From Candidatus Thorarchaeota archaeon (lineage in GTDB: Archaea > Asgardarchaeota > Thorarchaeia > Thorarchaeales > Thorarchaeaceae): DNA of 64,000 bases. Of the stretch, positions 28,374-38,587 are shown in pieces; position 1 is the first letter of the stretch; each line of letters starts with the position of its first letter. The stretch is taken from assembly GCA_048882325.1 (NCBI GenBank), contig JBHLRS010000012.1:31704-95703 (forward strand). Reading direction: 5' to 3'. The position numbers and the translations under genes are program-made. The notes below the pieces were generated by a model. It saw nothing but the letters and a program-made list of their open reading frames with translations. It was not told where the DNA came from and made no database searches.

Positions 28374-30092
28374 TCAGAGATAGTCTGATGCTTCTTTCTG
28401 GGTCAACTTTTTGCCTGCGCTTCGAGCATAGTGTCGAGATAGACTGAGGCATACCAGTACAAATGGTCCAATTGCCAAATACGCATATAATGGACCTAGG
28501 AAGATACCTAATCCCAGAATTACTGAAAGTCCCATGAAACCAATCAAATTGGGTATAAGTTGAGCTCTAAGAATTGACCAGCCTCTGATTGGCATCTGGA
28601 CTTGTGCACCTCTTTGTCTAGTTATTATCCGTTCTGCGCGAAAATCACCACCTATGGCTGCGGCATTGGCTGCAATTCCTCCAGCAGCTTGATTGATAGC
28701 AACAGCGGAGAGTATCAACACGGGCATGTAAATCCACAAACCGGGAGCAATAACGGTAACTAAAATTGACAGAATGGTACTTGCAACGAGAGCGAATGGT
28801 GCCGAACTATAGATCTTTCCCATTACATAGTCGTACATGCTCATTGGAGCAAGCTGGAGATTCATCAGATTCCGACCTTCGTAAACGAGCTCATAACCTG
28901 CAAAACTGACTCCATAGGATATGACGAAGGGAACAATGATTGCGATGACAAGGAACTGTGTGAAGCCCATCATCAGTTCACCACCAGCAAATAGCCCGAA
29001 AAGAATGATGACAATGAACCTTAGTGGGCCAACGAGATACTGGGCGAGTACTCGCCCCTCGCGTCTGATGTTTGTGATGTTGTACCAAATTGATGTACTT
29101 GTGGCCGTATTGAAAGAGAAACCAGGGATTAATTGAGGGTTCCAAAGGTCGTGTACTATTGGTTCTTTGGTCTTTGAGGTTCTCTTGGATCCACTAGCAA
29201 GCCAACCACTATAATGAGCAGTTTCACTCACATAGGCATTCAAATTCACGAGGAAAAAAGCACTAGCGCCATAGAGAAGAGCCAGAAGGACATCATTTAC
29301 GATAATAGGTTCTCCAACGAGTAGACTCAAAGACAACGCACTGGTTGCAGCACCTGGACTTAGTCCTGATGTGAACCCAAGCGCTTCTGCAATCTCAAAT
29401 AGGACCGGGAAGAGATTCGCAAATCCTCCATCATCTAGGAAGAAGAAGTAATAGTAGAGTGCACTACCAAGGACTGCTAATGAAGTGCCTATGAACCACC
29501 CAACCTGTTTGAGTCGTCTTCTACCTGCAAGAAAACGAGAGATCATCAGTCCGACGAGTCCTCCAATTGAAACACCAAGGGTTGTTATAACAAGCATCAT
29601 GAAAACAAATGTCGGAATTGAGAGAAGTGCGAAAGCGGCATTCGAGACCATGCTGAGGCCAATGAATATTGGAGTACCAATCGCTAGAAACAACATCGAG
29701 CTATAGAAAATCACAATGATGGTCTTTTCGAGAAACAGGGTTCGCAGAGAAATTGGCATTGTCATGAGATATTCCATACGAGAGGAGTTTCCAACGGTTG
29801 TTGTGCTGAACATTATGGAACTAATAAAAGAAAACAACAGTAGAACATTGAATAATGATGACCCGGCGCCAATGTTTTCGGAGAGTAGTGTGTCAAGTGC
29901 CACCCAACCAATGAGAGGAACAGCCCAGTTGATTATGACAATGATTAGAATTCCAATAGATACTATTACTATTGGACCCAACAACCTGCGAATCATACTC
30001 TTCTGTTCTGTACGTTTCCCTTTTGCGCCAGAAACTCTGTAACTCTGTGTAAGGTCCTGTCTGAGTAGGACCCATAACTCGGACAGTGTCAC
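28374..30092 (-). CDS. ABC-2-type exporter permease (~12 TM)
   Basis: Polytopic; LMTMPIS and YEGRN...L...P motifs; overlaps the ATPase stop. Confidence 0.82.
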   Translation of the reverse strand: MTLSELWVLLRQDLTQSYRVSGAKGKRTEQKSMIRRLLGPIVIVSIGILIIVIINWAVPLIGWVALDTLLSENIGAGSSLFNVLLLFSFISSIMFSTTTVGNSSRMEYLMTMPISLRTLFLEKTIIVIFYSSMLFLAIGTPIFIGLSMVSNAAFALLSIPTFVFMMLVITTLGVSIGGLVGLMISRFLAGRRRLKQVGWFIGTSLAVLGSALYYYFFFLDDGGFANLFPVLFEIAEALGFTSGLSPGAATSALSLSLLVGEPIIVNDVLLALLYGASAFFLVNLNAYVSETAHYSGWLASGSKRTSKTKEPIVHDLWNPQLIPGFSFNTATSTSIWYNITNIRREGRVLAQYLVGPLRFIVIILFGLFAGGELMMGFTQFLVIAIIVPFVISYGVSFAGYELVYEGRNLMNLQLAPMSMYDYVMGKIYSSAPFALVASTILSILVTVIAPGLWIYMPVLILSAVAINQAAGGIAANAAAIGGDFRAERIITRQRGAQVQMPIRGWSILRAQLIPNLIGFMGLSVILGLGIFLGPLYAYLAIGPFVLVCLSLSRHYARSAGKKLTQKEASDYL

Positions 30093-30853
30093 CTCACATC
30101 ACCAAGATATTCTGCAATCTTCTGCATATCGGGTCCACCTGTCAAGGACAGAAAAATCTCTTCCAGGGACTCCTCACCCTTTGCTTGTACTCTGAGTTCA
30201 GCCATTGAGCCTTCAGCAACCATCTTTCCCGCATTGATAATCCCGATTCGGTCACAAAGCTGTTCAGCTATTTCTAAAATGTGAGTGCTCATCAGAATTG
30301 TAGCACCTTTTGCTCGAAGTCCATTAAGTATCTCCTTAATTGTTGCAGCACCTCGTGGATCAATACCAGCTTGGAGCTCATCAAGAATCAAGACTTTTGG
30401 CTGATGTATTAATGCAGCAACAAGACTGATTTTCCGAGACATACCCTTCGAATAAGTCTCGATGAGGTCATCACTTGCATCCTTGATGTCTAAGAGAGTT
30501 AGAAGTTCGTCTAGCTCTTCCTCTCGTTCAGGACCTCTTGGTACACGCCAAATATCGCTGACATAGTTTGCATACTCCCATCCAGTGAGTCGCTCAGGAA
30601 GGACTGGTTCTTCAGGAACATATCCCATCATCATCTTTGCTTCAACAATCTCATCTCTGATGTCAAATCCCATTACTTTAGCTGTTCCCTCTGTCGGTTT
30701 CAATAGCCCGAGCAACATACGCATTGTCGTCGACTTTCCGGATCCGTTGGGACCGAGTAGTCCATAGATTTCCCCGGGGCGCACCTGAAATGAGAGATTG
30801 TCAACAGCTGTGAACTCGCTGAACATCTTCTTTAGTCCAATGGCTTCAATCAT
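30089..30853 (-). CDS. ABC transporter ATP-binding protein
   Basis: GPNGSGKST, YSKGM signature, LILDE, STH. Confidence 0.95.
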   Translation of the reverse strand: MIEAIGLKKMFSEFTAVDNLSFQVRPGEIYGLLGPNGSGKSTTMRMLLGLLKPTEGTAKVMGFDIRDEIVEAKMMMGYVPEEPVLPERLTGWEYANYVSDIWRVPRGPEREEELDELLTLLDIKDASDDLIETYSKGMSRKISLVAALIHQPKVLILDELQAGIDPRGAATIKEILNGLRAKGATILMSTHILEIAEQLCDRIGIINAGKMVAEGSMAELRVQAKGEESLEEIFLSLTGGPDMQKIAEYLGDVR

Positions 30854-30961
30854 CAGAATCGAGGGTCGTTCCTCTGGGGACCATTTATGCCTTAGCATCT
30901 AAACAAGAACACTTAGTTTCATTTGGTAACTGATATAAGAAGAACTCGTTGGCAAGAAACT

Positions 30962-32056
30962 ATGACACTTGAGAGTTGGAGACTTCTCGATTTAGGACCA
31001 ATCGCCCCAATCGAGACCCAAATTAACTACGATATGATTGCTCAAGGAATTACAGAAGGAGAGTCAGAAAACACCCTCATTATATGCTGGCCAGCTAAAC
31101 CTCTCGTGAGTCTAGGGTACTTCCAAGAGATTGAGGCTGACCTTGACACCAAATTCTGTGAGGAAAACGACATTTTCTACACTCGCAGAACTGTGGGTGG
31201 CGGCGGTGTCTATTTAGACGATGGACAAATGTTCTATCAATTGATTGGCAGCCAAGACAGCCCCACCACACCAAAGCGAATCGATGATTATTATGTCAAG
31301 TTTCTTGAAGCGCCAGTTCAAGCCTACAAGAACCTTGGAATTCCAGCAGAATTCAAACCTGTAAACGATATTATCGCAAACGGCAAGAAGATTTCAGGTA
31401 ATGGAGCAGGAGATATTGGAGATGCTAGGATTCTCGTTGGCAACTTGATCTTTGACTTCAATTTTGACATGATGGTGAAGGTCTTGAAGGTCCCTGACGA
31501 GAAGTTTAGGGACAAGATAGCTCAGAGCCTTCGAGAGAGAATGTCAACAATCCTACTGGAAACTGGTAAAATGCCAGAGAGAACCGATGTAAAAGAAGAC
31601 TTGTTGCGGCTCTACGAGGAAACACTCGATATTGAGTTGGTTCCTGGAAAGTTCAACAAATGGGAGATAGGAAAGGTCAACGAACTCAAACCGAAGTATA
31701 TGTCCGATGAGTGGCTTCATTGGAGAAGGGGTGGAAGAATAGATGCTAGAACTGTCAGAATCTCAGCCTCGACGAGTGTTGGCACCTCAAACTACAAAGC
31801 ACCAGGAGGCCTCATGCGGATAACTGCTGAAGAGGTCGATGGAAAACTGAACGAATTAGTCATCAGTGGCGACTTTTTCATGTTGCCAATGGATGCAATC
31901 TCCAACCTGGAGAAGACACTCATTGGTGCAAAGACTCAGAATGGCGATATTCGGGTCAAGATTGAGGAAGCCTACTCTAAATTCAATATCGAGTCTCCAG
32001 GTGTTACGCCTGAAGATATAGAAACTGCGATTAAGCTAGCCTTCGAGCAAAAATAA
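30962..32056 (+). CDS. lplA: Lipoate-protein ligase A with C-terminal domain
   Basis: RRTVGGGGVYLD, NDI..NGKKISGNG, KAPGGL...GDFF. Confidence 0.9.
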   Translation: MTLESWRLLDLGPIAPIETQINYDMIAQGITEGESENTLIICWPAKPLVSLGYFQEIEADLDTKFCEENDIFYTRRTVGGGGVYLDDGQMFYQLIGSQDSPTTPKRIDDYYVKFLEAPVQAYKNLGIPAEFKPVNDIIANGKKISGNGAGDIGDARILVGNLIFDFNFDMMVKVLKVPDEKFRDKIAQSLRERMSTILLETGKMPERTDVKEDLLRLYEETLDIELVPGKFNKWEIGKVNELKPKYMSDEWLHWRRGGRIDARTVRISASTSVGTSNYKAPGGLMRITAEEVDGKLNELVISGDFFMLPMDAISNLEKTLIGAKTQNGDIRVKIEEAYSKFNIESPGVTPEDIETAIKLAFEQK

Positions 32057-32119
32057 CTTCAGAAGCATCCATAAGGATGAGAGGGAGAATCAGGACCCAA
32101 CAGAGAGGAGACTAAACTG

Positions 32120-33208
32120 TTGAGCAGCGATTCTCTATTATCCTTTCGTGTGAACGCACCAGGAAGAGTCTGCCTGTTTGGCGAACATAGCGATTACTTG
32201 GGATTGGATGTTATTGCAGCTGCGATAGACATGTCAATCGAGATTATCGCAAAGCCGCGTGACGACAACACCATTTGCGTGAATTATCTAGATCTTCATG
32301 AATCGGATCAGTTCTCACTTGAATCGGAGATCCAGTATAAAACACAACGAGATTATATCAGAAGCGCATTCAATGTAATGGCACGGAGAGGGATAAGTCC
32401 CAAAACTGGATGGAATCTAGATTTATCAGGAAACATCCCCATCGCAGCAGGTCTGTCTAGTTCATCCGCAATAGCAGTTGGAGCGATCAGAACCATTTTA
32501 GAGATTTCAGAAGAAAGTATGTCACTTGATGAGATTGCCTTAAGAGCATATGACGCAGAGGTAAGAGAATTTGGCGAAAGTGGAGGGACAATGGACCACT
32601 ACACATCAGCTATTGGTGGAGTGATTCATGTAAACAATCTGGACAACACTGTGACCAAGCTGGCAGCAGAACTTGGTTCGTTCGTGATTGGAGACTCTGG
32701 AGAGCAGAAAGAGGACACCGTAGGAGACCTACGATACATCCGAACAACAGTTGAGAACGAGTACGAGAAGATAGCGACGCAAATCGATTCTTTTGATAGA
32801 AGAACCACACCTGTCCTCCGGGTTCAAGAATTGAATCAAGAAATAGCAGGCAAAGAGAGACAGATGGCGGAGGCAACACTCCGCAATAGAGACCTCACCA
32901 ATAGAGCTCTAAGATTGCTGAGTGAGGAATCACCCGACAAGCTCGCCCTTGGCAAGATGTTGAAAGAACATCACGAAATTTTGAGAGATGATTTAGATCG
33001 TTCAACACCGAAGATTGAGAGATTGATTGCTATCGCCTATGATGCCGGAGCTCTTGGATGTAAAATCAATGGAAGTGGTGGTGGCGGATCAATGATGGCA
33101 TATGCTGCGGGATGTGAACGGGAAGTGGCATCATCGATAGACAGAGCAGGTGGAACCGCGTACATTGTGAATGTGAGTAGAGGAACCACCATCACAAGAA
33201 GTGTCTAA
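32120..33208 (+). CDS. GHMP kinase, galactokinase-like
   Basis: APGRVCLFGEHSDY, PIAAGLSSSSA, G.MD, G.KINGSGGGG. Confidence 0.85.
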   Translation: MSSDSLLSFRVNAPGRVCLFGEHSDYLGLDVIAAAIDMSIEIIAKPRDDNTICVNYLDLHESDQFSLESEIQYKTQRDYIRSAFNVMARRGISPKTGWNLDLSGNIPIAAGLSSSSAIAVGAIRTILEISEESMSLDEIALRAYDAEVREFGESGGTMDHYTSAIGGVIHVNNLDNTVTKLAAELGSFVIGDSGEQKEDTVGDLRYIRTTVENEYEKIATQIDSFDRRTTPVLRVQELNQEIAGKERQMAEATLRNRDLTNRALRLLSEESPDKLALGKMLKEHHEILRDDLDRSTPKIERLIAIAYDAGALGCKINGSGGGGSMMAYAAGCEREVASSIDRAGGTAYIVNVSRGTTITRSV

Positions 33209-34776
33209 GCACCCTTAGCAAGCTCTTTCATTCGTGCCTCTACAATCTCAAGAACTTCACTCTTGATCTTGACACCATCAGTTAGAAGTTTCTCAACCTC
33301 TTTAGCAGTCTTGTCTGTGAAGGACTTGTCTGTTATATTGCCCAAGTTGATTCTGACATTCAATGCTGCACCTTCCATGGCTGCCATGAGTGCATGTGCA
33401 GCGACACCAGCATCAGTGATTGTATTGATGTTCCCCTTTGTAGCAGCTACCTTAGCATGTGTCAAAGCACTGAATGAGTGCTGCATAGTCCTCAAGGGTA
33501 TCTTTGCAGCCTCAATTGTGGCCTTTTGAGTGGCTGCTTCTTTCTTCTTCTTCTGAGCGGCGGTTTCATCAGGGAGCTTGAACGTATCCATGACTACGTC
33601 AAAGGCCTCAGAATCTTTCTCAATTAAATCCATCAAGACACCGCGGTCGTACTCACAAGCGTGGCGATGTTTAACCATCTCCTCCTTGATTCCAGCAAAC
33701 TTACGACCAGAAATTGAGAGACCTGTTACCATGCACACGAGACCAGCACCAAATGACCCGAGAGCTGCAGCTACGCTACCACCTCCAGGAGTAGCGCGTG
33801 CACGGCGGACCTGGTTACCAAACTCAATCATGGACATCTCGGTGAATGTCTTCTTTGTGGGATCTGAACCTCCACCCAAGTAGTAGAGGTCAAGAATCAT
33901 ATCCTCATCAAGCCGCTCCGGTTGAATGTAGTATCTAAGAGCGTCTAAGAGTGCGAACAATGGAACCATCCCGACAATCTCAGTCTCGATGACTGTTGCA
34001 CCAAACCGACGGGCTTCATTCCGAACAACCTCAAGCACCTGGTGAATCTTTGTTTTTTTGGGATGGGTCAGGTTCAAAGAGACCTGCACACAGTTCTTTG
34101 CAGGTAGATCCAAACCAATTCCTTGAACGTTGACAAAGCCCCCTGTAGTGGCACGAACCGCATCGGCGCAGACCTTTGCAACTTCGAGGTTGGTTGTGCT
34201 CAGGTTGATGTTGATTGCGATTAAGAAGTTACGTGCACCGGTGGCCGTTGCACCAGCGGTTGGATGAATCTTCTTTGGTCCGTAGTCAGGCTCTTTCTCA
34301 GGATTCGTGCCAATCTCATCCCTGAGGGTTTCGAATTCGCCTTCCCTGATGTTGGGCAGATCAACACGATCAGGTCGTGTGGCGGACTTCGAATAAAGAA
34401 AAACCGGCACATCACATGTTTTGGAGAACTCATTGGCAAACTCCTTTGATAGTTCAATGCATTCACCGATGGTTGTTCCATGGAGTGGGATGAATGGCAC
34501 AACATCGACTGCTCCCATTCTGGGATGGGCACCCTCATGTTTAGTCAAGTCAATCTTTTCAACAGCAAGTTTAGCAGCTATCAGTGCAGCATTCTTTACC
34601 TGTTGGGGTTCACCAATGAATGTGAAGACCGACCGGTTGTGGTCAGGATCAAACTCTACATCTAGTAGTCTGACTCCCTCAACACTCTTGATTGCATCTG
34701 ACAGGGCATCTATAACTTTCTTGTCTCGTCCTTCTGAAAAGTTGGGCACGCACTCAACTACTTTCACAAGATTCAC
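33205..34776 (-). CDS. ftcd: Bifunctional glutamate formiminotransferase/formiminotetrahydrofolate cyclodeaminase
   Basis: VECVPNFSEGRD, DHNRSV, HPRMGAVDVVPF, then cyclodeaminase TPGGGSVAA...D..AF...NV.INL. Confidence 0.95.
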   Translation of the reverse strand: MNLVKVVECVPNFSEGRDKKVIDALSDAIKSVEGVRLLDVEFDPDHNRSVFTFIGEPQQVKNAALIAAKLAVEKIDLTKHEGAHPRMGAVDVVPFIPLHGTTIGECIELSKEFANEFSKTCDVPVFLYSKSATRPDRVDLPNIREGEFETLRDEIGTNPEKEPDYGPKKIHPTAGATATGARNFLIAININLSTTNLEVAKVCADAVRATTGGFVNVQGIGLDLPAKNCVQVSLNLTHPKKTKIHQVLEVVRNEARRFGATVIETEIVGMVPLFALLDALRYYIQPERLDEDMILDLYYLGGGSDPTKKTFTEMSMIEFGNQVRRARATPGGGSVAAALGSFGAGLVCMVTGLSISGRKFAGIKEEMVKHRHACEYDRGVLMDLIEKDSEAFDVVMDTFKLPDETAAQKKKKEAATQKATIEAAKIPLRTMQHSFSALTHAKVAATKGNINTITDAGVAAHALMAAMEGAALNVRINLGNITDKSFTDKTAKEVEKLLTDGVKIKSEVLEIVEARMKELAKGA

Positions 34777-34848
34777 CGGTGCCGGTTCGATATGCCCATC
34801 TACAAAAGGGTTTGGGCCCGTTCATAATTGATAGTCTGGATTGCCGGA

Positions 34849-35898
34849 TTACTTCTTTTTCAGATAATTAGTAACATTTTCAGTTTCAATCTGGTAGCTG
34901 TAATATTCCTTGTGCACTTTGAAACCAAGCCGTTCATTAATTGCTAACATAGGTGCGTTAGATGTGGCATTACCAGTTGTGATTATCTTGATGTCGGGAT
35001 ATTCCTCCCGGATTTTGAGAAGCATTGCAGCTTTGAGCCATTTACCTTTCCCACTGCCACGATAGTTCTCTTGAACTCCTGTGAGACTCTGGTAAAGCAT
35101 ATGGGTATGCTTCGGTTCATAGTACACATCAGTCATTCCAGAAATGTTTCCATCTTTTTCCCTAGTCAAAGCTGTAATCCATGTCATTCCGGTTTCTTTA
35201 ATCCGTTCTTCATCCTTTCTCCATAGTTCTGGAGTTACTACGATATCACCTCGGTCCAACTCATCTATGGGAGCTTGGTTCAGGACCTCAGTGTAAACTT
35301 TGCAATAGTCTTCAAGAATCTCTTCTGGAATCTTAGAGTAGAACTCCAGCTTTGTATCTGGTGATCTTATAGGACCTTCCTCATCCCACTTCTTGACCAT
35401 CTCCCAGTCGATTTCATCAATGTTAGTCCTATTGTCACTCGTATGCAGAGCTTCTTTGGCACCCAGTTTCTTGAGGGCGTTTCTCCCGTCCTCTTGGGAG
35501 GCACCAGTCATGATGAGCGACTTCCCATGTTCCTGAGCCAGATCAACGACTATTTGCATCAGTTCCCGACCTATACCTTGATGGCGATAGTCTTTCAAGA
35601 CATACAGCAAAGTACGCATGATGTGTTCATTTCCAGGGTATGAGGGGGCACCTTCACTGACATATCTAGCTCTAAGTAGTGCGATCATCTCGCTGGGTTT
35701 GTCACTTGGTGTAACATAATATGTGAAAACATCAAAATCCTCATACACAGAATCCATCCAGACTTCTTCAGATTCATCATCAAAGATAGGATCTCCAGGA
35801 TTCTCCTCGTCATGTTGTATTCTTCTAAATTTATGATACAATTCCCACTGTTCTCTCGTAGCTTCTCTAAAATCAATTGGTCTAATCTCAATCTCCAT
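34849..35898 (-). CDS. Tandem GNAT acetyltransferase
   Basis: Two motif A copies (YRHQGIG; YRGSGKG) and TGNA..N..ML.IN..LGF. Confidence 0.88.
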   Translation of the reverse strand: MEIEIRPIDFREATREQWELYHKFRRIQHDEENPGDPIFDDESEEVWMDSVYEDFDVFTYYVTPSDKPSEMIALLRARYVSEGAPSYPGNEHIMRTLLYVLKDYRHQGIGRELMQIVVDLAQEHGKSLIMTGASQEDGRNALKKLGAKEALHTSDNRTNIDEIDWEMVKKWDEEGPIRSPDTKLEFYSKIPEEILEDYCKVYTEVLNQAPIDELDRGDIVVTPELWRKDEERIKETGMTWITALTREKDGNISGMTDVYYEPKHTHMLYQSLTGVQENYRGSGKGKWLKAAMLLKIREEYPDIKIITTGNATSNAPMLAINERLGFKVHKEYYSYQIETENVTNYLKKK

Positions 35899-35967
35899 TC
35901 TTACATCACTTCCCCACGCGAAAGCTCGTACATTTGAATGAAACAGGTCTTAGATAAATCCTTCACA

Positions 35968-36852
35968 TCAAGACACTTGTGCCAAGTACGCTTCAAGGAC
36001 ATTCTTCAAGAGCATGGCAATTGTCATGGGTCCAACCCCTCCAGGGACTGGAGTGACACAAAGCGCTTTCTCCTTGACCTTCTCGAAGTCAACATCACCA
36101 TGAGGTGTGGAAACATCAATGATAACGGAGCCCTGCTTGATCATGTCCTCGGTGATGAAGAATGGATCTTTCGGATTTGTACGACGACCTATAGCTGTTA
36201 CAAGGACATCAGCCTGTCGTGTGAATGAGGCTAGATCCTTCGTTCTCGAGTGGCAGACAGTCACAGTAGCGTTCCGATTCAGGAGCAACATGATGAGGGG
36301 TTTGCCCACGATATTGGATCTGTTGATGATGACTGCATGTTTTCCAGACAGGTCGTTCCATCCAATCCTGTCTAGCATCGTCACAATGCCATGAGGTGTC
36401 GCAGCGCTAAGGTCCTCGCCGCCATAAAATAGGCGGTAGACATTCTCTGGAGAGAAACCGTCTACATCCTTTAAGGGGTTGATTGCGCTGATTATCGTTT
36501 TCTCGTCAATCTGTTTGGGGAGTGGCAACTGGACAAGAATGCCATGGACCCTCTTATCGTCATTGAGTTTTCTAATCAGCTTGAGAAGATCCTTCTGGGT
36601 GGTGGTTTCAGGCAAATCATAGTGCTCAGATAGGATTCCTGCCTTGTTAGAGGCTTTGTGTTTCATCTTGACGTACATCTGAGAGCCCGGGTCCTCGCCA
36701 ACGATAATTGTAGCCAGTTTGGGAGGGACTTTGTGTTTCTTAACAAGTCTTTCAACCTCAGCTTGGACTTCATTCCTCAAGCGGTTTGATAGTCTACGCC
36801 CCTTGATGACATGGTCCTCACAGATTGGTTTCAGTTCAACTTCTTCAGACAT
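35968..36852 (-). CDS. folD: Methylene-THF dehydrogenase/cyclohydrolase
   Basis: YV..K, GILVQLPLP, KDVDG, RSNIVGKP, TPVPGGVGPMT. Confidence 0.96.
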   Translation of the reverse strand: MSEEVELKPICEDHVIKGRRLSNRLRNEVQAEVERLVKKHKVPPKLATIIVGEDPGSQMYVKMKHKASNKAGILSEHYDLPETTTQKDLLKLIRKLNDDKRVHGILVQLPLPKQIDEKTIISAINPLKDVDGFSPENVYRLFYGGEDLSAATPHGIVTMLDRIGWNDLSGKHAVIINRSNIVGKPLIMLLLNRNATVTVCHSRTKDLASFTRQADVLVTAIGRRTNPKDPFFITEDMIKQGSVIIDVSTPHGDVDFEKVKEKALCVTPVPGGVGPMTIAMLLKNVLEAYLAQVS

Positions 36853-36865
36853 TAAAATCACCTAG

Positions 36866-38467
36866 TTAGAAGACTCCACTAATGTTGCCATCATCATCTA
36901 CATCCATCCCTAGTGCTGCTGGTTCCTCTGGAAGCCCGGGCATGAGATTGATGTCGCCCATATACACAACAATGAATCCCGCACCATTACTTACGTCAAC
37001 ACCGTTAACCTCAACGTCGAAGTGTGATGGTCGACACCTCAGGCTTCTTGTGTCAGATAGACTGAATTGAGTCTTAGCGACACATATGGGGAGTTCTCCA
37101 TATCCACGTTTTTCAAAGGACCGTATCCTTCCACTTGCGCCAGTGGTGTAGTCAACGTCATCGGCTCCATAGATCTGTTGAGCCACCTTCAAAATCTTGG
37201 TCTTGATTGGGTCTTTTAGGTCGTATGTATAATTGATCCCCTTGCTAGTACGATTGTCGATTGCCTCAATGACAACTTCAGCCAATGCTTTTCCACCCTC
37301 GCTACCCTTGGCAAAGACCTCTGACACTTCCATCCTCCAACCCTTGCTTCTACAGAACTGCCGGAGTAGGTCAATCTCTTCTTCAGTATCATCTGGAAAT
37401 CGATTGAGTGCAACGACTGCTGGTACGCCAAAGTTGGTGACATTCTCTACATGCTTCTCGAGGTTCGGGAAACCTTGTTCGAGGTCATCACATCCATGAT
37501 ATTTGAGTGCACGAATTGTGGTGATAACGACACAGGCATCAACATCAAAGTTTCCAGCCCTGGTCACTATGTTGAAGAATTTCTCTGCACCTAGGTCTGC
37601 TCCAAAACCAGCCTCTATCACAACATAGTCGAACAGTTTCAGGGCGATATCTGTCGCAATGATAGAACTAGTACCGTGAGCAATGTTTGCGAAAGGTCCT
37701 GTGTGAATTATTGCAGGAGTCCCTTCTTGTGTTTGAACAAGATTTGGTTTGAGTGAGTCCCGGAGAATCACAGCCATTGCCTTCTCTGCTCCTATATCTC
37801 TCGCGAACATGTCCTCGAGTTGCTCAGATCTTCCTACAAGGATGTTCCCTAGACGTGCTTTCAGTTCTTTGTAATTCATTGAGAGACCAAGGATCGCCAT
37901 GACCTCAGATGCCGATGTTATGACAAAGCTGTCTTCCCTTGGAAAACCGTCAAATCTACCTCCCAGACCCACAATCACTTTCCGCAGGGCTCTGTCATTC
38001 ATATCCACATTCCTAGGCCAGTATGTTCTCCTGACGTCGAGCTCTGGCTGTCTGTCATGGTGTATGTAGTTGTCAATCATAGCAGACAAAAGGTTCCCTG
38101 CTGCTGAAACAGCAGGAAAGTCTCCTGTGAACATGAGGTTGATCTTCTCAAATGGAAGGACTCTGGACTTCCCACCACCAGCAGCTCCACCTTTAACGCC
38201 AAAGACGGGTCCTAAGGATGGCTGTCTGAGAGTGACAACGGCGTTATGTCCGAGAGCATTCAGAGCCATTGAGAGACCTATTGAGTTGGTGGTCTTACCC
38301 TCACCAGCAGGTGTCGGATTTGTGGCAGTGACAAGAATGAGCTTGCCCTTTCGTTCTCCCAACTCTTTTTGAATGCTAAGATCTATCTTAGCCATATAGT
38401 TTCCATAGTGTTCAAGATGTTTTTCAGCAATACCAGATTTAGAGGCCACTTCAGATATCGGTATCAA
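36866..38467 (-). CDS. fhs: Formate-tetrahydrofolate ligase
   Basis: PTPAGEGKTT, KGGAAGGG, GPFANIAHG, EAGFGADLGAEKF, AKTQFSLSD, MPGLP; probable TTG start at 38467. Confidence 0.96.
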   Translation of the reverse strand: MIPISEVASKSGIAEKHLEHYGNYMAKIDLSIQKELGERKGKLILVTATNPTPAGEGKTTNSIGLSMALNALGHNAVVTLRQPSLGPVFGVKGGAAGGGKSRVLPFEKINLMFTGDFPAVSAAGNLLSAMIDNYIHHDRQPELDVRRTYWPRNVDMNDRALRKVIVGLGGRFDGFPREDSFVITSASEVMAILGLSMNYKELKARLGNILVGRSEQLEDMFARDIGAEKAMAVILRDSLKPNLVQTQEGTPAIIHTGPFANIAHGTSSIIATDIALKLFDYVVIEAGFGADLGAEKFFNIVTRAGNFDVDACVVITTIRALKYHGCDDLEQGFPNLEKHVENVTNFGVPAVVALNRFPDDTEEEIDLLRQFCRSKGWRMEVSEVFAKGSEGGKALAEVVIEAIDNRTSKGINYTYDLKDPIKTKILKVAQQIYGADDVDYTTGASGRIRSFEKRGYGELPICVAKTQFSLSDTRSLRCRPSHFDVEVNGVDVSNGAGFIVVYMGDINLMPGLPEEPAALGMDVDDDGNISGVF

Positions 38468-38587
38468 AATCTCACTCGCCCAAGCAATTGTCGAACATGC
38501 TTTTCGGTGCGGCATGCACTGATAAACCAAGCTCTACGGCAAAGGGTAGCAATTGCGTAGATTATCACACTTAATTTACTGCAAAGG

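Noticed and set aside
32120-33208. Mevalonate kinase
   Set aside because: Motif is GEHSDY (sugar-kinase type), not GEHAVVYG. The exact substrate is left open.
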